This document shows positions 30,463-41,135 of a DNA stretch of 64,000 nucleotides, piece by piece. Both the position numbers and the translations under genes were made by a program. The stretch's first letter is position 1; the number at the start of each line of letters is the position of its first letter. The notes under the pieces were generated by a model that was not told the origin of the DNA, did not search any database, and was given only the letters and a program-made list of their open reading frames with translations. The DNA comes from Phycisphaerae bacterium (GTDB lineage: Bacteria; Planctomycetota; Phycisphaerae; UBA1845; Fen-1342). The stretch covers positions 64,001 to 128,000 of the forward strand of contig CAXXWX010000006.1 in assembly GCA_963675745.2 (NCBI GenBank), written 5' to 3'.

Positions 30463-30563
30463 AAGAAGTCAGAAGTAAGAAGTTGGAAGTAAGAAACGCG
30501 CTGGCGTGGCGATGTTGCTCAATGCTGCAGTTTCTGACTTCATACTTCATACTTCTTACTTTC
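30463..30563. repeat. Inverted heptamer arrays (AGAAGTN)n / (ACTTCNT)n
   Basis: AGAAGTC AGAAGTA AGAAGTT GGAAGTA AGAAAC versus GTTTCTG ACTTCAT ACTTCAT ACTTCTT ACTTTC. Confidence 0.8.
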
Positions 30564-32258
<1,695 letters not shown>

Positions 32259-32351
32259 GCAGACGTCTCCTTGTGTGTGCGACTTCCTGTTGTGCACAGC
32301 CTCACGCAGTGGTGAGACGGAATCATGCTGTACGTCCCCCTGCGCGTGTGA

Positions 32352-32367
32352 AGCAAAACAGGCGCCA
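32352..32367 (-). promoter_or_regulatory. sigma54 (-24/-12) promoter of chaperone operon
   Basis: Minus strand TGGCGC-CTGTT-TTGCT versus consensus TGGCAC-N5-TTGCW, ~95 bp upstream of groEL. Confidence 0.75.
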
Positions 32368-32466
32368 AACGATGCCACAACTGCCTGATTCGCACGCAAG
32401 TTGTGTTGTATAGCTGATTTACGACCAACGGGGCTCGATTGCCCCGCCCGCTTGGCCGCGACCCGC

Positions 32467-32493
32467 TGTCCAACTGGCAGTGTCAATCTGACA
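32467..32493. promoter_or_regulatory. Tandem 13-bp palindromes, candidate enhancer (UAS)
   Basis: TGTCCAACTGGCA-g-TGTCAATCTGACA, 100-125 bp upstream of the sigma54 site. Confidence 0.55.
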
Positions 32494-32607
32494 GCCCTGG
32501 CTTGCTTGCGACCGTTTGCGCTGACGGCTATTGTTACTCCGCCGCAGGTGACGCCATGACAGGCGTCAGCCACACGTGATCAGCGGTCAGCCCCCCCGAG
32601 AGGCCCA

Positions 32608-34551
32608 ATGAGCATCGATCCCGCCCCAGCAAACGGCCAGGCAGGCGCCATACTGGCTCGATTGCGCGGCAAGAAGGTTTCCAAGCTCTCGGCCAACAAG
32701 GCCTTCTGGCGCATGCTGCGCCTCGTCCGGCCTCATCGCCGCGTCCTGGTTTTCGGGCTGGTGTTGAGCTTTGGCGTGGCCTTTACCTACGCCGCCAGTC
32801 TGGTCGGTCTTCTCCCCGTCCTGAAGGTGCTCGTCGACGGCGAAAACCTGCGCACCTACCTGTACAGCATTGCCGACCGCTGGACCGAACATGGCGGCAT
32901 GGCAGCCCTGGCGGCCCCGGTGATCTCATGGGCCGCCCAGATCTTCCCCGCCGCGACGTTCGGCGCCACCGGCAACGCGCCCATGCACACGCTGCTGATC
33001 CTCATGGGCCTCTTGCTGTTCATGAACCTGCTGGGCAACACGCTGCGGTTTGTCTCCCAATACTGCGTACTGTACGCCTGCACGCGCGCCATCATGGACC
33101 TGCGCCGCTACATGTACCGCAAGGCGCTGCGCATGCCCGTGACCGCCCTCGGCGGCGAAGTCTCCAGCACCATCAGCCAGTTCCTATCCGATGCCCGCGA
33201 GGTCTTCCTCGGACTTGTCACCCTGTTCGGCAAGGTGGCGCGCGAGCCGCTGAAGGCCGTCTGTGTATTGGCGGCGGCGCTGTGGCTGGATTGGCGACTG
33301 ACAGTCGTGGCCATCGCGATCGCTCCCGTCGCGGTCGGCCTGTTGTGGTACTTCGGACGCAAGATCCGCAAAGCCACCGTCCAGCTTCTGCAGGGATATG
33401 GCCAGATGCTTACCGGGCTGGAGGAGTCGCTCCAAGGGCTCGATGTCGTAAAGGGTTATGCACGCGAGGGTTACGAGCGCAAGCGTATGTGGCGGCTCGA
33501 ACGCCGCATGTTCAGGCACCAGATGCGTTTGGCGCTGATCGAGGCGCTCAGCTCCCCGCTCATAGAAGTGGTCGGCGTGTTCTTCGCCGCTTGCGGGATC
33601 GTCTGGTTGGCGTCGCGCACGTTTGCCGGCGAGATCGAGCCTTCGCACTTCATCACGATGGTCGCCCTGCTGGCGGCGATGCTCGACCCGGTGCGCAAAG
33701 TCGCGAACGTGTACAACATGGTGCAGCGCGCGGGGGCGGCTTCGCTGCGTATCTTCGAGACGCTCGATCATCCGGAAGAGGTATCGCCGCGGCCTGCGAC
33801 GCCGATCCCGTCCGATGGGGCGCCGGCGATCGCCTTGGAGCACGTGACGTTTCGCTATACACCTGAGGCGCCTCCCGCCGTCCACGATGTCAGCTTGCAG
33901 GTCCAGCCTGGGGAGTGCATCGGTCTCGTGGGCCCGAACGGAAGCGGCAAGACGACGCTGATCCGCCTGCTGCCGCGGCTGCTCACGCCGGAAAGCGGTC
34001 GTATCACATTGGCAGGCATAGACTTAGCTGATGTGAGTCTCAAGGAACTTCGTCGGCGTATCGCTGTCGTGACGCAACACTCCGTGATTTTTGCACGCAG
34101 CGTGCGCGAGAACCTCGTCTACGGAAACCCTGGGGCCACTCTCGACCAGGTGCGTGACGCTGCCGGACGAGCGCACGCTTCGGAGTTCATCGAGGCATGG
34201 CCCAAGGGTTATGAGACAGTCCTCGGCGAGGGTGGCATGACGCTCTCGGGTGGCCAACGGCAGCGGTTGGCGATCGCGCGGGCATTCCTCAAGCCGGCGA
34301 CGGTGCTCGTCTTCGATGAAGCCACCAGCCAGGTGGACGCCGACAGCGAGCGGAAGATTCACGACGCCTTGGTCGAACTCAGCCGCGGCAAGACGACGTT
34401 TCTGATCGCACACCGTCACACGGTGATGGACATGGCCGACCGGATCGCGGTGATGGACGTGGGTCGCATCGTCGATCTCGGCACGCGCGACGAGCTGCTA
34501 GAGCGCTGCCCGCTATTCGAAGCCCTCTACCGCTCGCCGGTGGGGCACTGA
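32608..34551 (+). CDS. MsbA-like ABC exporter (TMD+NBD)
   Basis: TM domain; GPNGSGKT, LSGGQRQR, VFDEATS, IAH. Confidence 0.93.
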   Translation: MSIDPAPANGQAGAILARLRGKKVSKLSANKAFWRMLRLVRPHRRVLVFGLVLSFGVAFTYAASLVGLLPVLKVLVDGENLRTYLYSIADRWTEHGGMAALAAPVISWAAQIFPAATFGATGNAPMHTLLILMGLLLFMNLLGNTLRFVSQYCVLYACTRAIMDLRRYMYRKALRMPVTALGGEVSSTISQFLSDAREVFLGLVTLFGKVAREPLKAVCVLAAALWLDWRLTVVAIAIAPVAVGLLWYFGRKIRKATVQLLQGYGQMLTGLEESLQGLDVVKGYAREGYERKRMWRLERRMFRHQMRLALIEALSSPLIEVVGVFFAACGIVWLASRTFAGEIEPSHFITMVALLAAMLDPVRKVANVYNMVQRAGAASLRIFETLDHPEEVSPRPATPIPSDGAPAIALEHVTFRYTPEAPPAVHDVSLQVQPGECIGLVGPNGSGKTTLIRLLPRLLTPESGRITLAGIDLADVSLKELRRRIAVVTQHSVIFARSVRENLVYGNPGATLDQVRDAAGRAHASEFIEAWPKGYETVLGEGGMTLSGGQRQRLAIARAFLKPATVLVFDEATSQVDADSERKIHDALVELSRGKTTFLIAHRHTVMDMADRIAVMDVGRIVDLGTRDELLERCPLFEALYRSPVGH

Positions 34552-34715
34552 CTGGGCAACGCACTGCGCGCATCATAGCCAACACAGCTTCACGCACGGC
34601 AAAGAAGCGGGTGCAACCGCTCGACTCCTGGCACGTGCTCCTTACTCGCCAAGCTCGCAGGCGTTCCTGGCGCGAGTCTAAACGATGGGAACCACTGGAT
34701 GGGTTGCCTGTCTGT

Positions 34716-35138
34716 CTATAAGTCCTCCCACGGATTGACCAGCATCGCCCCCGTATCGCTGAAGTCGCCGACGTTGCGTGTCATGATGTGCAGGCCGTCG
34801 TGAATCGCCGTCGCGGCAATCAGGCCGTCGGTGGCGGCGATGGTGCGGCCGCGCGACTGGGCATTGGCGGTGAGCTCACCCCGGAGGCGGGCGACTTCCG
34901 CGTCAATGGGCAGGATGCGGTCGGCGTAGTCGCGTTCGAGCGTGCGTAGCCAGGCTTGCAGAGCCGACTTCCTCGCGCTTGCGGGAAGCAAGGCGATGCC
35001 CTTCGTGATCTCGCCGAGATTGATGACACTGAGAAACAGGTCGGCGTCATCGAGGCGCTCGATGCTCGCACGGACGCGCGCGTTACCCTGCTGCCGGCCG
35101 AGTTCGGAGATAACGCACGTATCGAGCAGAACCCTCAC
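34716..35138 (-). CDS. vapC: VapC PIN toxin
   Basis: LLDTCVISE, SVI.LGEI, DGLIAATA, TRN..DF. Confidence 0.93.
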   Translation of the reverse strand: MRVLLDTCVISELGRQQGNARVRASIERLDDADLFLSVINLGEITKGIALLPASARKSALQAWLRTLERDYADRILPIDAEVARLRGELTANAQSRGRTIAATDGLIAATAIHDGLHIMTRNVGDFSDTGAMLVNPWEDL

Positions 35139-35374
35139 AGGTTCACTTCCCGCATCGGTGCGGCGTCGCGTTGCAGGTCGAGCCCGTTCAGGTCGGGGGC
35201 ATCGAGCAGGAAGTCCCGTAAGCCGGCGCGCTCGCCGGCGAGACGCTCGTAGTCGGCCTCCGAGAGGACCACAACAGCGTCGTTGCGGCGCAGGACGCGC
35301 TGCGGCCCCTCATCGAGCGCGCGGCGAACCACTTCACTGAGTTTCATCTTGGCGTCCGCGAGCTTCCAATCCAT
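35135..35374 (-). CDS. Phd/YefM family antitoxin
   Basis: WKLADAK.KLSEVVRRA..EGPQ; GTGA overlap with vapC. Confidence 0.9.
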   Translation of the reverse strand: MDWKLADAKMKLSEVVRRALDEGPQRVLRRNDAVVVLSEADYERLAGERAGLRDFLLDAPDLNGLDLQRDAAPMREVNL

Positions 35375-35390
35375 CGCTGCAATCCTCGTA

Positions 35391-35440
35391 ATAGCCTAGA
35401 TCACCTAGTCTATTTTATGATGCGATTGCGGTGCGGTCAA
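35391..35440 (-). promoter_or_regulatory. sigma70 promoter and palindromic operator of the TA operon
   Basis: TTGACC-17-TAAAAT (35440-35412); ATAGCCTAG-N5-CTAGTCTAT at 35391-35413. Confidence 0.75.
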
Positions 35441-35598
35441 GTCCAAGTTGCCGCCACTGCCAACAGGACGGTGTACCGCCGGATTCTGACGAGCACACAC
35501 ATCTGAACGCCGCACGCTAATCCGGGGCGTGGCTCGGCCTCCCGGCGGGTCGGTTTCGGATTGGCTCGGAGCCCATTCGCGATAATCTTGAGGCGGAC

Positions 35599-35922
35599 TT
35601 GTTGGAGGTCGTGACGAGCGATCTGGCGAGCGAGGAGGCCCGGCGGAACATCGTGCTCAAACGTCCCATGTGGCTACCGGCGTTCGATCGCCTGGTCGAG
35701 CGCGTCTCGGTGGTTGGATCGGCGAGATTCGACTTGGGCGTGCCGCTGACCTGCGAAGATGTGCCCGTTCTGTGTGCCGCCGTTCGGGCAAAGTGCGACT
35801 GCCTTGTCACCGGGGACAAGCGCGACTTTGGCCACTTGTGCGGCCGGGTTGTCAAGGGCGTACGAGTCGTGATGCTCGCCGAACTGGCACGCCTGCTCGC
35901 CGGCCGGCGTGGCGACGAATAG
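35599..35922 (+). pseudogene. 5'-truncated PIN-domain gene remnant
   Basis: EEARRN, D.PVL.AA, LVTGD.RDF present; N-terminal DxN strand absent and in-frame TAA at 35518. Confidence 0.65.
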
Positions 35923-36066
35923 AGCCGGTCAGGCCAATCCGTGGCGTCGGGCATCCCGGCTTAACGAATCAGGCTGATGCCGTCGGCGGTTCAACGGCAT
36001 CGTGGATGCCGCCGTCGCATTGACCGGCGCTTGCCAAAGCGCTGTGGGCGGCGTTATGGTAAGTAA

Positions 36067-37107
36067 ATGGCCGAGAATCAGAAGAAGTCAACGACACGTG
36101 CCAAACGGGCGACGATTCGCGATGTAGCTCGCGAGGCGGGGGTGTCCGTCGGTGCCGCCTCGACGGCGCTGCGGAACGTCAAGAGCAGTGTGGTCTTGAG
36201 CCAGGCGACACGGGCGCGGATTATCCAGGCCGCCAAAGAGCTGCGCTATCGCCCCTACGCCGCCGCCCGGGTCATGGCCGGGCAGCGCCTGCAAACCATC
36301 GGCATCCTCGCCACCGAGTTCTGCATGATGGGCAGCTATTGGAGCACGGTGATGCGCGGGGTGGCGACGACCGTCAATCGGTCGGGGTATCACTTGATGC
36401 TCAAAACGGTTCCTGACAAGCTGGACATGCGCAAGGCCAGCTTTTTCGCGGAGCAGCAGATTGACGGGGTCGTAATACCGGCGGAAACCGAGTCACAGAC
36501 GCGCGATGCGCTGCACCATTTTGACATCCCGCACGTGTGGGTTAACACCAAGCTGCGCGAGCCGACGAACTGCGTTCACCCCGATGAATACCAGGGTATG
36601 CGGCTGGCCATCGACCACTTGTATGAGCTGGGTCACCGGCGTATCGCGTACATGCACCATACGTCCGGCGAGGTGCATCACACGACCGTCGAGCGTGAGC
36701 GCGGCTATGTGATGGCGATGCAGGCTCGAGGGCTGGAGCCGATCCCCACGTATGAGCGCTACATGAACGTGCCGGAGCACGCCGACGTGTATGCCGACAT
36801 GACCCCGCGTCCGACCGCGGTCGTGGTCTTCTCGGATGCGATGGCGATTCTGGCGATGAACCGCTTCCAGGATCGGGGCTTGCGCGTTCCGGACGACATC
36901 AGCGTTGTGGGCAACGAGGGGATAATCTGGCATGAATACGCCTATCGCCCGCTGACGACGGTCAAGGCCCCGGCGTACGAATTGGGTGAAACCGCCGTCA
37001 AAATGCTGATCCGGCAGATTGAGAACAACGAAAGCAGCGAGTCTGTGGTGTTGCCGCAGACACTGATCGTACAGGAATCGACCGCGCCGCCGCCACCGAA
37101 CGCCTGA
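36067..37107 (+). CDS. LacI family transcriptional regulator
   Basis: ATIRDVAREAGVSVGAAS HTH, LGHRRIA, VPDDISVVG, PLTTV. Confidence 0.95.
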   Translation: MAENQKKSTTRAKRATIRDVAREAGVSVGAASTALRNVKSSVVLSQATRARIIQAAKELRYRPYAAARVMAGQRLQTIGILATEFCMMGSYWSTVMRGVATTVNRSGYHLMLKTVPDKLDMRKASFFAEQQIDGVVIPAETESQTRDALHHFDIPHVWVNTKLREPTNCVHPDEYQGMRLAIDHLYELGHRRIAYMHHTSGEVHHTTVERERGYVMAMQARGLEPIPTYERYMNVPEHADVYADMTPRPTAVVVFSDAMAILAMNRFQDRGLRVPDDISVVGNEGIIWHEYAYRPLTTVKAPAYELGETAVKMLIRQIENNESSESVVLPQTLIVQESTAPPPPNA

Positions 37108-37141
37108 CACGCACTGAGTAATTCCACCGCCGAGCGCCATA

Positions 37142-37816
37142 ATGGGACCGAGACAACACGGGCCGCTGACGGTTGCCGTTGCAGTCGATGCGATGTTTCA
37201 GACGAACACACTGCTGCTCTGGCCGGCGGACGGCCGGGACTGCTGGATTGTTGATCCAGGGTTTGCGCCCAGCGCGGCAACCGTCCTCGACATGATCAAA
37301 CGCCATGAGCTGAAGCCCGCCGCCATCGTGCTTACACACGGTCATGTGGACCATATTGCCGGAGTCGGCGAGGTGCGTGAGGCGCTCCCCGACGTGCCGA
37401 TCCTGGCGCCGCGCGACGACGCGTTCATGCTCCCCGACGCGGCCGCGAATCTGTCGGCAAACATGGGACTGGCCGTGGTGGCACCGCCGGCCGATCGGGA
37501 GGTGGCCGGCGGCGACACGCTGGCGCTCGGCCAACTCACGTTTCAGGCACTGGATGTGGGCGGCCATTCGCCCGGCGGCCTCGCGTTTCACTGCCCCGCC
37601 GCCCAATTGGTCATCACCGGTGATTCACTGTTCGCGGGTGGCATCGGCCGAACCGACTTTCCCGGATCAGATCACCAGCGTCTGATCGGTAACATCAAGG
37701 ACAAACTGCTGACACTGCCGGCCGAGACCGTGGTCTATTCCGGGCATGGTCCGACAACGACGATCGGCCGGGAGCGCGACAGCAACCCGTTTCTCATGCC
37801 AGGTGTCGCGTTGTGA
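37142..37816 (+). CDS. MBL-fold hydrolase (glyoxalase II-like)
   Basis: THGHVDH, GHSPG, GDSLF.GGIGRTDF, GHGP.TTIG.E. Confidence 0.92.
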   Translation: MGPRQHGPLTVAVAVDAMFQTNTLLLWPADGRDCWIVDPGFAPSAATVLDMIKRHELKPAAIVLTHGHVDHIAGVGEVREALPDVPILAPRDDAFMLPDAAANLSANMGLAVVAPPADREVAGGDTLALGQLTFQALDVGGHSPGGLAFHCPAAQLVITGDSLFAGGIGRTDFPGSDHQRLIGNIKDKLLTLPAETVVYSGHGPTTTIGRERDSNPFLMPGVAL

Positions 37817-38754
37817 AAGCCCGATTCGGCCTTGTCGCGGTGTTGCTGCTGATCGCGTACGGGGCTTGCCGTGAAACTCCCAACGAGGCGCGTGCGAAAC
37901 GCCAATCCACCCTGCCGGATCGTGTGTTGAAGCCGCAGGTTGCGGCCGAGGAAATCAACGGTCCGACCCGGCGGATCGTCGCCGCGGCGCCGAACATCAC
38001 GGAAATCTGTTGCGCGCTGGGTCTCGCCGAACAACTCGTCGGGCGCACCCGCTACTGCACCTATCCGCCAACCATCGAGGGCGTCCGCGATATTGGCTCG
38101 CTGGTTGACGCCAATGTTGAGACGCTGCACGCGCTGCGGCCGGACCTGATTCTGGTGGCGGGGACGAGTCGCGCGATGTCGGAGCGCTTCGCGCACGCCG
38201 GTCTGACGGTCGAGACGCTGCCGGATGTGACACTGGGTGATCTTTACACATCGGTGTTGCGCGTGGGCGAGTTGGCGGGCCGCACGAAGACGGCGCGGCA
38301 ATTGGCGGATGGCATTCGCGCGGATCTGGCGTCTGTTACGGAGCGATACCGCGATGTGCCGCCGGCGCGCGTGCTGCTTTTGATCGGTACACTAGCCGAG
38401 CCGCCCACGCCGCCGTTCGTTGCGGGGCCGGGGTCTTTCTACGACGACCTGCTGCGCCTGGCGGGTCACACGAACGTGGCCCCCGAAGGTGGAGGCGCAT
38501 TCGCACCGTTGTCGCTGGAGGTCATTGCGAACGTTGACCCGGATGTGATCATCGAGCTTGATGCCGACGGCACGGCGCGGCCCGGCGGCGACGAACAAGC
38601 GCTGCGCGTGTGGCGACAGCTTGGTGACTTGCGGGCGGTAGCCCGGCGGCGCGTCCACGTGCTCACCGGTGCACAGCACTTCGTGCTCGGGCCGCGCGTG
38701 GCCATGACGTACGAGGCGTTGTGCGGCGCGATCGGGAGGGCGGACGGTGAATAG
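37813..38754 (+). CDS. BtuF-like helical-backbone substrate-binding lipoprotein
   Basis: RIVAAAPNITE, LVGRT.YC.YP, E....LRPDLI. Confidence 0.88.
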   Translation: MKARFGLVAVLLLIAYGACRETPNEARAKRQSTLPDRVLKPQVAAEEINGPTRRIVAAAPNITEICCALGLAEQLVGRTRYCTYPPTIEGVRDIGSLVDANVETLHALRPDLILVAGTSRAMSERFAHAGLTVETLPDVTLGDLYTSVLRVGELAGRTKTARQLADGIRADLASVTERYRDVPPARVLLLIGTLAEPPTPPFVAGPGSFYDDLLRLAGHTNVAPEGGGAFAPLSLEVIANVDPDVIIELDADGTARPGGDEQALRVWRQLGDLRAVARRRVHVLTGAQHFVLGPRVAMTYEALCGAIGRADGE

Positions 38755-39685
38755 TCCCAACAATCCGGCGCGAGAGTCGGCCGGCGCCGCACACAATGTA
38801 CCGGCTGGCGCCGCACGTAATGTACCGGCCGGTGTCGCACGTAATGTAGCGGCCTGCGCCTCGCAGGCCGTCGCCGGAACGCTGCACCCGACTGCTGGGC
38901 CCGGTGTCAACGACGTTCACCAACTGGAGTGCCGGCGGCTATCCGTGCGACGCGGCCGGCGTTTGGTTCTGCACGAGATTGAGCTGGTCATCCGCGACGA
39001 CGAGTGCGTGACGCTCATTGGTCCGAATGGATCCGGCAAGACCACACTGATGCTGGCGTTACTCGGCCTGCTGCCGCCGGCCGCGGGGCACGTGCGCATC
39101 GGTGGTATCGACGCCCACCGTTTGCCGCCACGCGCGCGTGGCTGTTTCGCCGCATACGTCCCGCAGGTTGTGGAGCGTTTGCCAGGGTTTCGCGTTCGTG
39201 ACATCGTTGCCACGGGGCGCTATCCGCATCTGGGGCCGCTGACGCCGTTCTCGCGCGCAGACCTCGACATCGTCGCGCAGGCGCTGGAGCAGTGTGGGCT
39301 GGCGGCGCTTTCAGAGCGGCCGATCAACGAAGTCAGCGGGGGCGAGCGTCAGAAGGCGCTTATCGCGGCGGCCGTGGCGCAAGATGCGCGCGTAATGTTC
39401 CTGGACGAACCCAATACGGCGCTCGACCCGGCCTACCAGGTCGATCTGGTGCGGCTGCTGCGCGAGTGGCACGCACGCGGTCGGGGCCTGGTGCTCATCA
39501 GCCATGATCTGCACCTGCCGGCGGCGCTCGGGGGCCGCGTGATCGCGCTGTGCGAGGGACGCGTCATCGCCGATGGCGCAGCGACCGACGTGCTCGATCC
39601 TGAGAAGCTCGAAAGCATCTACGGGACACAGTTCGACATGGTGACAACCCGTGCCGGCCAGCGCGTGGCGTTGCCGCGCTGGTAG
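38747..39685 (+). CDS. Fe-siderophore/cobalamin ABC ATP-binding protein
   Basis: GPNGSGKT, VSGGERQK, LDEP, ISHD; true start may be downstream of repeats (~38905). Confidence 0.9.
   Translation: MNSPNNPARESAGAAHNVPAGAARNVPAGVARNVAACASQAVAGTLHPTAGPGVNDVHQLECRRLSVRRGRRLVLHEIELVIRDDECVTLIGPNGSGKTTLMLALLGLLPPAAGHVRIGGIDAHRLPPRARGCFAAYVPQVVERLPGFRVRDIVATGRYPHLGPLTPFSRADLDIVAQALEQCGLAALSERPINEVSGGERQKALIAAAVAQDARVMFLDEPNTALDPAYQVDLVRLLREWHARGRGLVLISHDLHLPAALGGRVIALCEGRVIADGAATDVLDPEKLESIYGTQFDMVTTRAGQRVALPRW
38779..38870 (+). repeat. Three 24-bp tandem repeats ending in REP family 1 copy (38846-38870)
   Basis: GGCYGGYGYCGCACRYAATGTASC x3, then GTAG-CGGCCTGCG-CCT-CGCAGGCCG. Confidence 0.85.
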
Positions 39686-39754
39686 GAAGAGCGGCACGTC
39701 GCCGGTCGCGCGTTAGCGCGGCCACCAGTTCGACTGTTTCACGCGGATGGCACT

Positions 39755-39779
39755 GTAACGGCCTGCGCCTCGCAGGCCG
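39755..39779 (+). repeat. REP family 1 copy
   Basis: GTAA-CGGCCTGCG-CCT-CGCAGGCCG. Confidence 0.8.
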
Positions 39780-39880
39780 TCGCCATGAAACGCCGTTTCC
39801 GACATCACGCGGCCGGCGAGGCGCCGGCCGTTACGCTGAAGCGTGGCGCGAAACACGGAACGCCTCAGGCGGAAACGGCG

Positions 39881-40954
39881 TTAGCGCGGCCAGCGCTGCT
39901 CGACTGGCGGCAGGGCCGGGAATTGGCCGTGCGGTTCGGTCTGGTACCAGTAAGCCACCGAGGCGATATCGTCGCACAGCGGCTGGAACTTGCCCGTCGG
40001 CCACCACCCCAGCGCCTGGATCGTCACGCGCAGACCCTGCTGGAAGCGGATCGGGTCCATGATGTGCCAACGATACAGGCCGAACTTGGGCACCTTGTTC
40101 ACCACGTGATGCACCAGTGGCAGCCCGAGGAACGGCGTTGAGTAGGGTTTCTCGCGCTCGTTTTCGCCATAGAAACCCCAGGCCCCGCCGAAGTAATCCT
40201 CGGTGCCCGTGCCGCATATCGTCGGGTGTTCGGCGTCGCCGTCGATGTAGAACTTGATCTCTCCCTCCCCCCACCAGATGTCCGATGACGTGGCCCAGGC
40301 GAGGTAGGTGCCCACGTAATGCCCGTGTCCTTCGACACCTTCGATGATGGTGTGCTCGGGGCACTCGCGCGTGGTCAGAGCGCGGCGCCATTGCGCGTGC
40401 AGATAGGCGGCGTCGTCCGGCACGGGCTGAAGCGCGTAGGTAATCTGGTAGAAGAAGCCGGTGACGGTCTGGTTGTGGTCACTGGTTATGGTGACGCGCG
40501 CCGATTTGCGGAACGGCATGGGCCAGTAGCTGTTCAGGCCGCATTTGGGGTTTACGGCGATCGGCAGCGAGCTCACGCCGGCCTCAAGGTTGTGCCCGCA
40601 GCAGAAGAAATCTCCCAACGGCACCTCGATCGACGGATGGGGCTCGGCGTCCCAGTAGAAGCGCAGCGTGAGGTCGCGCAGGCGTTTGGGGTCGACCGTG
40701 ATCCAGATGTGCTGAATTACGCCGGGACCGTCTATCTCGGCCAGTGTCGCCGTGGCGCCGGGGTCTATGTCGATGCAGGGGCGGACTTTCCAGCCGGGGC
40801 CGAGATCGCGCGCCGGGCTCTTCTCGTCGGGGACCGCGCGTGCAGCGCCACCTTTCTCGCCGGTCGGGTTTTCCGCACAGATTGAACGCGTTTGCGCGGT
40901 GCTGAGCAGGGGCAGGTTTCCGAGGCCCTGGCCAAACGGTGTTGCTGGCGGCAT
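39881..40954 (-). CDS. DUF2961 / GH172-like glycoside hydrolase
   Basis: RSICAENPTGEKG, GPGVIQHIWIT, WWGEGE, GTGTEDYF, YWYQ. Confidence 0.88.
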   Translation of the reverse strand: MPPATPFGQGLGNLPLLSTAQTRSICAENPTGEKGGAARAVPDEKSPARDLGPGWKVRPCIDIDPGATATLAEIDGPGVIQHIWITVDPKRLRDLTLRFYWDAEPHPSIEVPLGDFFCCGHNLEAGVSSLPIAVNPKCGLNSYWPMPFRKSARVTITSDHNQTVTGFFYQITYALQPVPDDAAYLHAQWRRALTTRECPEHTIIEGVEGHGHYVGTYLAWATSSDIWWGEGEIKFYIDGDAEHPTICGTGTEDYFGGAWGFYGENEREKPYSTPFLGLPLVHHVVNKVPKFGLYRWHIMDPIRFQQGLRVTIQALGWWPTGKFQPLCDDIASVAYWYQTEPHGQFPALPPVEQRWPR

Positions 40955-41007
40955 TGTGAGTTCTCCGTTGATGCGCAGTTGTCAGTTAGAGCAAGCTGCG
41001 TTTGCCC

Positions 41008-41092
41008 GTAGCGTACGCCCCCCGAGTCGGACGTGTTTAACCGGCGTACGTTCTCTCGAGGGCACGGCCGACTCGGGGGGGCGGTCGCTTAC
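41008..41092. repeat. REPIN-like inverted doublet, family 2
   Basis: GTAGCG..CGCCCCCCGAGTCGG...CCGACTCGGGGGGGCG; reverse complement aligns with 62120-62203. Confidence 0.8.
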
Positions 41093-41135
41093 GCTCGCGA
41101 TGCTGATTGACGACGCCGGATCGCGCACGGTTGTT

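Noticed and set aside
29983..30563. CRISPR interpretation of short repeats (also 38779-38850)
   Set aside because: Units are 7 or 24 bp and contiguous, with no spacers and no cas genes
32259..32607. CIRCE element upstream of groEL
   Set aside because: No TTAGCACTC-N9-GAGTGCTAA match seen
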